DNA of 64,000 nucleotides from contig MCFH01000006.1 of assembly GCA_002104945.1 (NCBI GenBank), forward strand, positions 1,116,001 to 1,180,000, given 5' to 3'. The notes below the pieces were generated by a model, which was given only the letters and a program-made list of their open reading frames with translations, ran no database searches and was not told the origin of the DNA. Every line of letters starts with the position of its first letter. The stretch's first letter is position 1. The translations under genes and the position numbers were made by a program. This DNA comes from Piromyces finnis finn (taxonomy: Eukaryota; Fungi; Neocallimastigomycota). Positions 10,741 to 24,000 of this stretch are shown here, piece after piece.

Positions 10741-12271
10741 ATAAATTATAATTATTATCACATTCTAAAAGTAATAATAATTAAAAAATTACAAAAATAA
10801 TCAGGATTTCAATATTATATTTTACATGACATCAATAACATTTATGACTTTTAAAATTTAAGAAAAAAGAATTTACCGCAATAATAATATAATGGTTATT
10901 ATTAAAAAAAATGATAATAACAATAATAGCTCATGAGATAAAAAAAAATGAAAAGAAAGAAAAAAAAATATTGAAAATAAAATGGAAGCACGATTATAAT
11001 ATTTACAAGAAAAAGTAAAAAACAAATTGCTGTGATCCATAACACTATCTAATATGTTCAATATATAAATTAATAACATCAAAAAAAAAAAGCCAATTTT
11101 TATGTTTTATGTATAAACCAAATAATCTTTTTGAAACGTTATTATTTATAATCCATATTTTTAATACCAGCTAAACCTTATTTTTGACTTTTTTTTTTTT
11201 TCAGAATTTACATCAAATTAATCAATTTTATATTTGTATAACATTTTTAACCAAAACAAATTTTCATAAAAAAAATTACCCAGTATTTCTTCTTAATTAC
11301 AGAAATATTTGAAAATTTTTTAATAACAAAAAAAAAGAAAAATAAAAAAATAAAATTTAAACCTTTATTTTTTTATTTTTCTATTATTACTATTAGTTAA
11401 TATTAATATCCATTACCATTACATATTATTTATTTATCAGCTTTTATAAATATTTGTTTTTTTATTTAATAATTTATTTCTGTTTAACCTTTTTTAACTT
11501 ATTTTCTTATTAATTTGTATTAATTACTTATTATATTATTATTATTATTTTATTTATTTATTTATTTTTGTTGTTTAAAAGCAAAAAAAAAAAAATACGA
11601 ATAAAAAAAACATAAATAAAAGGGAAAAAAATGTATATTTTTTTTTATAATGATAATTCCAAACTAATTTAACTTGAACGAAGATATTTTATTTATATTT
11701 AAATTTGATAAATTTTCTTTTTATTTATATATACTTTTTAATAAAAAAAAAATGGCAACAAATTTTTATAATACTACGGATAGAAAGAATTATTAATTAT
11801 TTTCACAGTAAATGTATATTACAAGGGAGAGTAATTATATAAAAACTTTATTAAAAAGGTTAAAAGTAATAAAAAAAAAATTTATATTTAGCAATTATTT
11901 TATAATATATATACTTTTAAAAAAATAAGTATTATAATATTTAATATTTTTATTTTATTTTATTTTATTTTATTTTATTTTTTTTTTAAAAAATGAATAA
12001 AAATATCATTGTGCTATTTTATTCATAATTTATAAATTTATAAAAAAAAATAATTATAATATATAAACACTAACCCTTAACACAAAACTTATTATTATAT
12101 CATAACCCTATAATTTAGTAACATTTATATTAAAAATTTATTTAGAATTAATATAATTTATCTATTATATTTTAATTCTTAAAAAAAAATATTATAGTTT
12201 ATTATAGAATTGGAATTAGTATTATACATTTAAATATAATTAAGAAAGCTTTTTTTTCTTAGTAATCAGTT

Positions 12272-12483
<212 letters not shown>

Positions 12484-13971
12484 GTACTTTTAATTATAAT
12501 ATGGTTTATATACGATATATTATTAATATTTTAATATATATTTTTTTTATTTAAGATGAACTAGTTTTATAACATTATGAATATTTAAAAAATTATGATC
12601 GTTTTTAATTATTAATAATTGCTTTCATATTTAATTTAACAGAAAAAAATTTCTAAAGGATAAATTTTTAAGCTATTATTTTATATATACAAGTTAATGA
12701 ATTACAAAATTCATAATATAATTACCATGTATTTTTAAATATTATATATATTTATTACTATTTATTGTCTATTTTTTTGTTTATTATTGTCTATTCTTTT
12801 TTATTTTTATAAAATAAAAATTTTTAATTGTCTTTAATAAAATGTATACAATTCAAATATGTATGATCAATAAATGAAATAATTTAATTTATTACTGTTT
12901 ACTTATAAATTGATATTAAACTATTAAAGTTAAAAATTTTTTATTTTGTTTCTAGTTCTTTGAAATGTTCTAGAATTTTTTTTTTATTTTCAATAAGTAA
13001 TAACTTTAATTACCTTTTTTTTTTTTTCTTTGTTTTAAATAAAGTTAGGAAACTCTAGTCATATGAAATAACTTTTAATTTATTATCAATATATATCATT
13101 TTAAAATAATATAGTATTTTTCATAATTGAAATTTATTAAAAGCTTAAATTGTTTATTATTATTTTGTTATATTTTTATATAATTTAAGTTACTATGGAG
13201 TACTTGATGAAAGAAGGAAAGGTTAATTTTTTGTTCAATAAATGCAATTATATATTATCAATTATATATTGATACAATAAATAAAATAATAAACTTATAT
13301 GTAATAATCTTTATTAAATATAGTAATTAATAGTTTCAAGCATTAATATAAAATGATAGTAATAGTTATTAACCATATTTTATAATTAATATATCAATAA
13401 ATATTATTAAAACAATTTAAGATTTGAATATCAATATGACCTTTTCTAAGCATTTATTACAAACCTTAGATTAATATATAATTATTTTATTTTTTTCAAT
13501 TTTATTTTTTTTTAATATTTAATTATTCCTATTTTAGTAAATTAATAATTTTACTATAGTGTAAAACTTTAATTGATAATGTTTTTAAAATTTTTGAAAT
13601 TTCAAAACATTTTATTTGTTATTTAATAGAAAAGCCGAGATAATGACAGTCTCTTTAATAAAATTAATTGGCAATAATTAGTAAAATAATTAATAAATAA
13701 TGCTTTTTGTAAGAAATCCATTTATTGTGTAGTTCTATTACTTCCAAAAGTAGTTAAGTTACAGATTATAATTATTTATAATAATAAGAAAAAAAGATTA
13801 GCAAACAAACAATATATAGAAATTTATTCTATATAAAAATAATGCTATTAATTTAATAAATAAATAAACAATGAATAATATAAAATTATCCATTATCCAT
13901 ATTATAAAACATTGTCTTATTAATTGTGCAAGACAATTTTATATAAATATCATATGAAAATTTGATATAAT

Positions 13972-14013
<42 letters not shown>

Positions 14014-16657
14014 TTTTATTATTATACATAAATTTTTAAATGTGAAAGCTTAAAGTTAAAAATTATTACTTTTATAATAGCTTTTTTGTAAAACATATTT
14101 TTTATTTTTATAATAATACAAATCTATTTGTACTATATTAATTACATATTTCTCGTATTTAAATATGATAAATATGAATAAGAATAAAAATTAAAAATGA
14201 AAAGAATAGTTAACTAATAAATAAAAAAAAAAGATTCTGTGATATATCTTTTATTAAATTATAAAAATTTATCCACATTATATATTAATATAATATTATA
14301 CAGAATTATAAAATTATCAATAATTATTTATATATTTCCTAAAGATATAATTTTATATTCCTTTTTTTTTTTCGAAATTAATATCGAAAAATAAAATAAA
14401 CTTTAAAAATAGTATAACTATTTAAATCAATAAATATACTATCTTAATTAAAACTTTAATGAGATTGAAATTAAATGAATGAACTAAATAGTTATATGAA
14501 TGATTAATAATTTAACATATAATAGTAGTTTAATAATATCTTTTAATAATGAAGCTAATTTTTTTTTTTAATTATAGATATATATTAAAATTAAATATAG
14601 TTTGAAACTTCAGTTGATTTTATTTTTTTTTCTTAACCATTATTTTATACGATGGATAAAACATAATTTTTTTATTAAGTTTAAATTATATTCAGTAAAG
14701 CATAATTATTCTATTTATAATAGTAATGGAATATTGAAGTATTAGTATTAGATAAATATTTTAATTATTTACCTTTTTTTTTTTTTAGTAAAACTGAAAT
14801 TAATGGTGAATATATAATATTTTTTATTTTATATTATTTTAAATAGATATACAAGAATATAATATTACTGTTATATCATATATTACAATAGTAATGGTTA
14901 TATAAACTATTTTCTTAATTCATTCTTTATATGATCATAAAAAATTCTTATAGTTTCATATCGCCATTCTAATTTAATAGTATCATTATATAATTAGTTG
15001 TTATTTAATATTTTTCTTTTCATATATATATATTTTTTATTTTCATAATTATTATAAATATAGTCTATATAAAAGATTATGGGCTATTTTCTTTTAAATA
15101 ATTTATAAATAAATCCAGTTAATGTATTAAGTTATCATTTATATATATATTTTTAAGATAGCTACAAATTTACTTTTTTAAATTAGTAAAAAAAATACTT
15201 TTGATTTTATAACAAATATCAGATTATTAATATCTACTATATCTTTAATTATTTAGATTTCGATTATTTCTGATTCTTTTAAAAGTATACATATATTTAT
15301 TTCATGTCTTAATTTAATTTCATTTTATAATTTGTAAGTTATTTCTTATAAATAAATATCTATATTAATAACAACAAATCTATAAAGCAGCGTTAGCAAA
15401 ATAAAATATATGTGAAAAATTAATAATAAAATTTAAATTTCATTTAAAGTATTTTATTATGTGGAATATCCATATAAGACAATTTTTTTGAATAAAAAAT
15501 TTATAGATGATTTATATAATACTTTTAAATAAATTAAATAAATATAATTATACTCTTATTCACCATGAATTCATTTTTATTAAAATTAGTAATAAGAAAT
15601 AACAATTTCTTGATTGTTGTTAGTGTTAGTAGTAGTGTAATTTAATTGAATCTTTATTTAAACCAAAATACCAAAGTGCATATAAATAAAATAGATTAAT
15701 GTTTGGTGGGTCTAAGAATTTAAGCTCTATATTTCTATATATATTATTTATATATTGGTTCCATTTAATTTTATATATTAAATTCAATGTATGTAAAAAA
15801 TGTAATAAGATTAATACGTCAATTATTATTTAATTAAATTTTTTTAAAATAAAATAAAATAAACTTTAAATAATATAATTCTTATTTTTTATACATTTTT
15901 TTCATTTAATTAATATATTAAAATTTGAAAAAAAAAAACAGTATCAAAAGTTCAATATATTAATACATATATTGACAGTAAATTGTAAATAAATATTTTA
16001 TTTATTTTTTAATTAATAATTTATAGTTGAATAAATTATAGAGTACTAAAAAATAATATAATTGTATTATAATGTTATATATTTTGCACATTTATTATAG
16101 ATTTTGAAATTAATACAAAAAAGTATAATCATATATTAAAGATTTTTATACAAAAGCTTAAATTGTATTATATACATTCATTTAAATTTCTTTAAAAAAG
16201 GAATAATTGAATCTAATATATTTTAGCAATATAATTTAATTAACTTGTTAATATAATTATATGATCACTTAATGTTCATAATTATTAAACTTGATAGGAA
16301 AACCGTTTTTTTTAAAAAACTATATATTTGATAATTTTTCTTTCTTTTTTTTTTTTTTTTTTTTTTTTTTTCTTATACAATTATTATCATAAACTTTAAT
16401 ATTTAATTTAATAAGAGAAAATTGTAAATACTTTTTTTAATTAATGCTTATTGAAAAATCTTTTGGCTTTCATTCTTTCTCGTATTAATATTTGTTATTG
16501 TAAATAATAGAAAAATTTCCTTTATTGGATACTTATTTGAACTGTGTATATATTAGAAATTTCAAAAAAAAAAAAAAAAAAAAAAGCGTATAGACTTTAG
16601 ATTTATTAGACCATATCTTTAAAATATTTATTTATTATCATTTAATAAGCAAATAAA

Positions 16658-17679
16658 ATGGCATCTTCAAACGCTTTACATCATTGGAGGGTTATTGGTC
16701 CAGGTGTAAGTATATAAATGCATTTTATCATTTTATTTAATGGACCAACTATCTAATTATTTTTACATTTTAAATGTAATATTAGGAAGAAAATATATTA
16801 GAAAGCCAATATGAATATAATCCAAATCCTTCTTCTGCTACTAAAATGAGTCTTGCTTTAAAATTACATGTTTCTCCACAAAATATCGGACGGTAATATG
16901 AATATTTTAAAATTAATGTTTATATGCTAGATATTAATATATGTAAATTTATATATATAGTTGGTTCAGTGCTAGAAGAAGACGCGATGCTGGTTTATCC
17001 CGTGCTAGTAGAAAAACGCCTGAGCAATTGCTAAAGTTGGAGGAATTTTTTAAACATACACATTTCCCAACTCAAGAACAAAAAGGTAGATATTTAATTA
17101 TTATTTTAAATTTTTATATGTTAAATAAAATCTGGATAATTTTTATTATATGTAAATAACAAATAAATAATTGTTTAATTATAAGATAAGAAAAACAAAA
17201 AAGTTTAGTATAATCATTAGTGTGTAACCAATTTATAGAAATTTAATAGAAATGCATTAAATATTATTGGATTAATTTTTAATATATTCAAATTAAATTT
17301 TTTCAATATTTCTTTATATGGTTATATTACTTAATCAAAAAAGGAAAGAAATAAATTTAATTATATTAAATATATATTATAAACATATTAAATGAAACAG
17401 AACCCAATAATAATTTGAGAATATAGTATCAACTATTTTGATTAAATTGTCGATCAGATTATATAAAAAATATGATATTAATTTTTTAATTTTATTTTTA
17501 TTATTATCCATATAGAGAATTTAGCTCATAGTACTAATCTTTCCTATAAACAAGTTAATAGTTGGTTCCAAAATCAAAGAAAGAAACATGGATTAACTTC
17601 ATTAGAAAATCTACCCAGTAGAAGACTTATTTTATGGCATAAAAGTGTTGCTGCTCATATACGTAAACAATCTAATTGA
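16658..17679 (+). CDS. 147-aa tandem double-homeodomain protein; exons 16658-16705, 16786-16892, 16961-17085, 17516-17679
   Basis: All introns GT-AG with consistent phases (444 nt spliced). HD1 ...LESQYEYNPNPSSATKMSLALKLHVSPQNIGRWFSARRRR; HD2 ...TPEQLLKLEEFFKHTHFPTQEQKENLAHSTNLSYKQVNSWFQNQRKK. Confidence 0.85.
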
Positions 17680-19190
17680 AATGAGAAAATGGAAAAATCT
17701 TAATAATAATAAATTTATCTGATTTTCTTATAATTACCATTAAAGGTGGTTATAATTAATAGATATTATCCAAATATGAAAAAGCTATAATATATTTATA
17801 TTTCTTATATGTGGAAAAAAATTAAAACTGTTATCAGTATTAAATTAACTTTTTCTATGTACTATATCAATAGAATACATTAGGAACTTTATAATTTTAA
17901 TATAAAGTTAAAACATTCATTATTACTACTATTTTAAATAATTTTCAATAATTTTACATTCATAATAATTTTTAATATGCCAATATTATTAATATAACAC
18001 ATTATAAATAATTTTATCGAATATCTTATTAATAATTAATATTTAACTAATTAAAATACTCTATATTTAAAGTAAAATGAAATTATAATAATTTAATATT
18101 AAATATAAATATATTGTTTTTAATATATTATATTTAATCAATTTCACAAACAAAAAAATAGCTTTAGCAAAAAATAATAACACGAATATTATCTTGTAAA
18201 AATATATTAATCATAAATTCGTATTATATATACCATTATTTTTCATAAATATTATATAAATGGAAAATAAAACTTATCGGAATTTGTATATACCAATAAT
18301 AGTATAATACTTTTTAAAAAAGTAATGTAAATGATAACATTGTAAATAATTAGTAAATAAGTGTTTTTATGTAAATTTTTTTTTTTTTATTATCTTTAGT
18401 ATTTCATATGAAATAACAAGACAAAAAACTATTATAAATAATATAATAAAAAAATAAATAAAAACATAAAAAGTTAGAAAAGAGAATAGAGAAAAATAAA
18501 TAATTTATATATATATTATTTTTAGGAAGGTTTTTATTTTTTTTATTTTTTTTAGCTGTCAATGTAAAAATTATTCCACTTTGATTTTAAATATTTTATT
18601 TTTTATTATTGATTATTCCAAGAAATATTATTTTTTAAGATTATTATGGTATCACAAAGGAGAATTTAAATATTTAATATATTTTATGGAAAAAAAAAAA
18701 AAAAAAAGCTTTTTTTGTGATACTACATTGTATGGAATCAAACAGAATTGATTATAAAATGAAATAAAAAAAGTGTAAATATATAAAAATTATTATTATT
18801 TTTTTAATATATATTTAATGTATCCATATTAAAAAAATAATGTTACAATAAAATGTTTTTTCTTGGATATATTTTAAATTAACTACTTGATAAAGCATAT
18901 TCAGTTTAAAAAAGGATGATATAAATATATAGTATAATTGATTATTAAAATAAAAAAAAAATTACATTTACATCTTGAAAATAATTTATAAATACTATTA
19001 CTTGCTTAAAAAAAAAGAATAATAATTGAAAATATATTATCACTCATTTTACATATCATAATAAGAAATTATTAAAGACAAGAAAATTATTAAATTAATA
19101 ACTTATATTTTATTTTAGATACAATCTTTAAATAATTTAGTAATTCAGTGGTTTATTAATCAAAAATAATCCGTTTAAATTTATTATCCT

Positions 19191-19633
<443 letters not shown>

Positions 19634-20093
19634 CTTTGTATTTATTATGAAAAGAAAAATATTAAAATTTGAGATGTCTTATATATTCTATATTTAATGT
19701 TTAATTATAATATTTTTATTATGAAAATATAAACATTGTATAATGAAAAATAAAAATTAGTTTTTTTGTTTGATATTAAAAATTATGTATATTAAAGTAT
19801 AATTGATATGGATATATTTCGTATAAAAATAAAACAGTTTTTTTTTTTGATTTAGTTATATAGTTGTATGTTAAAAATATACAATTATTGATTATAAATA
19901 AAATGATGAATTTTAATTAAACTAAATAAAATTGTATATACAAGAATTGAAAAATGAAAACAACAATATCGACTTAAGAAATTATCATTAAAATTTGAAT
20001 TTTTGTAGATAAAGTAACTAGCAATTTTTTTAAAATCTAATATTTTTTTTTTTAATTTATAATAAATAAATTATTAAAATTATAATAAGGCAG

Positions 20094-20625
20094 GTCGTTC
20101 CAGTTTTTATCCTGGTTGTTAAGGCGTTGCCTTAGTATACATAAGGCTTCTGGTTCGACCCCGCAGATGTCAGTGCCTGTGGATTTTCCCACTGGGTTTG
20201 CCATGGGTTGGGTTATGATATTCAGGTAAGTATAAATGAACTTTCTAATTTACTACTATGATAATAACACTCGTCTAGCCGGCCTGAGAGGGTCTAGTGT
20301 ACATGGTACATTCCAAATTAGAACTTAATAAGTGGTGACTTAGGCTATGCCAAAAACACATAATATTCCTTAATCAATTTAAGTGTAAACATTAGGGGGC
20401 GGTTGACACGTGATCAAATTGACTATAAGAGGCTTAGCATTGTAGTTGTGAAATATCGTACAACGACATGCATCTAATGTACATGGATTAAGTGAGCGTC
20501 GAAGCTGAAGAAACAGTATGACAGACCAGGAGGGTCACAACCACCTAGCAATAGGAATGAGCCAACGTTTCTCTAAGAACCACCATTGGAGCTAACTCTG
20601 ATCGATGGGAGAAATGCACTCGGAA

Positions 20626-20677
<52 letters not shown>
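20094..20677 (+). mobile_element. tRNA-derived SINE with LINE-related 3' segment and poly(A)
   Basis: TSD ATAATAAGGCAG at 20082-20093 and 20678-20689; B-box GGTTCGACCCC at 20152-20162; 6-bp stem with 7-nt loop GCCTTA-GTATACA-TAAGGC; GC-rich island; long A tail; ~44-nt match to the LINE ORF end. Confidence 0.85.
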
Positions 20678-20680
<3 letters not shown>

Positions 20681-21060
20681 ATAAGGCAGATTAATATTAT
20701 CAAATATTATTATATTATTAATTAAAATTTTTTTATATAAAATTAATGTATGTACAATTATTTAGTTTAGCTTTAATAACATTTAATATTTTATACTTTT
20801 TAAACAGTAATTTGTAAAATTAATCATTTTACAATGTGTATTTATAAAATGAAATTTTAAAGTAAATGAGAAGGTATCATTCAATTAATAAAACATCATG
20901 ATTTTTAAATCGTATTTTTAAGTTTGCTAATATATGTTTTTTTTTTTTTTTTTTTTTTTTTATATATATATATAGAGAAGAATAATATACTAAAAATAAT
21001 TTAGTGATAAATAAATTGTATTATTAAAAATTACAATATTTTAAGAAAAAAGATAAAAAG

Positions 21061-24000
21061 ATGCAAGAGAATTATATATATTCCCAGTTATTTAGACTGG
21101 AATCGATAGATGAACCAGAACAAATTGATGAAGTAATTTCATTAAAGAATCAAAAAATAAAAATAATTTAATTATTCCATTAATAATATAATCAATAGGT
21201 TATTTATATAATAAAATTTTAATTATTAATTGTTTATATACAGGAATTAAAGAGCCAACATGCAAAATATCAAAATAGATTTATTGGAAGAACAGATAAA
21301 GAAATAATGGATTTTTTGTCAAAAGTATTTAATATTAAATTTTAATATTTTTTTTTAAATGAAAATCAAATTAGTAACAATTAATTAAATTCCAAATTTC
21401 ATTTTTCAAGATTCCAGAAAATAAAATTAATTCAGTACTTCAAGCAGTATTATATATAATATTAATATGGGATGCATCAGCAACAAAAAATTCAAATGAT
21501 GGTTTAAAGATGGTCGATAATCCTGAGAAGGTTTGTTAATTTAATATATTATTAATTTAAAAACTTAATAATATGAAGATAAAATCAATTTCATTAATAT
21601 ATAATCAAATTTCAAAATTAAACCGTATATTTATAAAGCATGCACAATGGTTATCAAAAGTTCTTGTAACAGTTGATAGATGCAATTTTATTATTGATAA
21701 ATTAGTGAAATTAACTTCAACTTTAAAATGGAATAAAATGTATAAAATACCAAAAATACAGGTATTTTTTTTTTTTTTTTTTTTTTTTTATTTTATTTAA
21801 AGTTTCATAAAATAGCCATATTAACATTTTCATATATTGATGTTTATAATTTATAATATATATTTATTAATGACATATAATTACACATTTTATTAATTAA
21901 CTTATTGAAATCTTTAAATACAACAGATATTTTGGTTATTAGGAAAAATGGCAGAATTTAATGTTTCAGGTTTAGATAAAGTTTATATTAATTTGCTAAG
22001 GCAAATTCAAGGTATTTTTTTTAATCAATTTTAATAATTTATCCATATATAAATTTCAATTTCAACTTCAATCTTTATTCTTAAATTTAAAAATTTATTT
22101 TTTTTTTAAATCGTAATTCATAATAATTATAATAATTAAGGTGGTAGTACTACAGAAGAAAATTTATGGTTTATTGAGGCGCTTTTGAGTCATGTTAAGC
22201 ATTATAGGTATATTTTATTAATATTTATTTTTTGTTATAAATTTAATATCATTTTATTTAAGTTATTATTGAAATAGTTTTATAAGATTCTATTAGTAAT
22301 TTTATTATTAATACATCAATAAAATAGAATTTATGAATCATCACCAAAAATTATTCCACCTTTCGTTTATGCCTATTTAAGACTTATATGTGAACATTCT
22401 CAGTATAAAGATATTCAACAACAAGAAATTCAATTTTGTGTTCAATTATTAACAGAAAAAGTATATTATTTATATGTTATATGCTTTATCTTAAATAAGA
22501 TTTCATCATTATATTTAAGAATTACAATATTTAATAAAAATCAATCTAATTTATAATTTGTTTCATATAGTTTAGTATATGTATGGAAATAGGAAGGGAT
22601 TTAATAAGAGCACTGCAAGACGTGGCTCAAATACCGGAATTCCAAAAAATATGGTCAGAATTATTAGAAAATCCAACAAAATTTGATCCAAGCTTTGAAG
22701 GTTAGTTTAAAAAATTTATAATAAGAGATAAGGATATGAGAAGAAATTTAATAATATATGTAAATATTTTTTTAAAACTTAAAGGTATTGAACAAATTTT
22801 ATTGACTCCAACACAGAAACAATGCTTGGAAGCAAGAATTACCTTTTATATGGAAGAAAAATTAAACTTTTATACTAATAATGTAAATATATAATTAATT
22901 TATAAATAAATGATTTTATTTTATTGTAAATTAATTTTTAATATATTTATTATATACAATTAATTATTGCTATTGTTATCTTCTCAATAATAATATATTC
23001 GATCATATTTCGGGAAAATAAATGAAGGTTTTAACAACAAATCGAATTAGATATATGAAATGGTTTATGTCAAAGTATTTTACTCCTCCAGAAAATGCAT
23101 CTTTTATTATACAGGATGTTATAAGATATATTTGTTGTGTTATCTATCCAACAAATAAAATTTTACAGTCACCTATTGTACCAAGATGTATTATTATTAT
23201 GGATTTTATTAGAGCTTATCAAGTATATAATCAAATGTTTAAGATATAATATTAATATACATTAAAAAATATTAATTTAATTGTATTCTTAATTATTTCT
23301 ATTATTATTACCATTATTATTATTTATAAATTTCTTATATATTAGAATATTAATAATAATTTGTTATTGTCATTATTGTTCGATTGGCTTATGTTTGAAC
23401 CTTCAAAAAAAGATTCAGTTATGAATATTGGTAATTATAATTATACATATTTTAGGGTTATTTTAAAATATAGTATTTATAGCATCCTTAATATAAACAT
23501 TATATTTATTAAATTGGAATAACTATTATTATTTTATTTATCTGTATTTATATTGAACGATAGAACCTGCAATTAAATATATTGAGTCTTCTATAAAAAT
23601 GAATACACCTGATTTATCAGCAACCTTAATAAACTTTTTAAGACATCTTGTTGATCAATATTGTCATTCACTATCTCAAGTCATGTTAAAACATGTAAAA
23701 TTATCAATGCATACTATTTTAACAAAAAATGTTATAAGGTTAATTTTCCTTAATATTTTGCAAATAAATATTATTATATATTATTTTTATATTATTTTTG
23801 TGGAAAGGCATAGTGATTATTATTAATAATTAAATTTATTAATTTGTTTTTCATTTTTAGTCAAAGAACATTACAAAATATATATAATTGCCCAGCGTTT
23901 AATGAAACAACGCGAAATTCAATGAAATATTTATTTGGAGAATTTTTAAATATTGAGCAAAAACATTTACCAATGAATAATATGAATAGTAATAAATATA

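Noticed and set aside
10873-11082. Short AT-rich ORFs (6343-6546, 6954-7136, 10873-11082, 23861-24067, 35730-35939, 55017-55220)
   Set aside because: Compositional F/I/L/K/N ORFs or antisense to real genes; no splice or motif support.
13200-13280. TGATGA as a C/D snoRNA C box
   Set aside because: No D box (CTGA) or terminal stem at a suitable distance.
20094-20170. Functional tRNA gene
   Set aside because: No clean acceptor stem, short variable/T arm, internal T5, and it lies inside a TSD-flanked poly(A) element.
20504-20530. GTC...CTGAAGAAAC as a minimal hammerhead in the SINE/LINE shared block
   Set aside because: CUGAAGA and GAAA overlap, leaving no stem II, and stems I and III cannot form.
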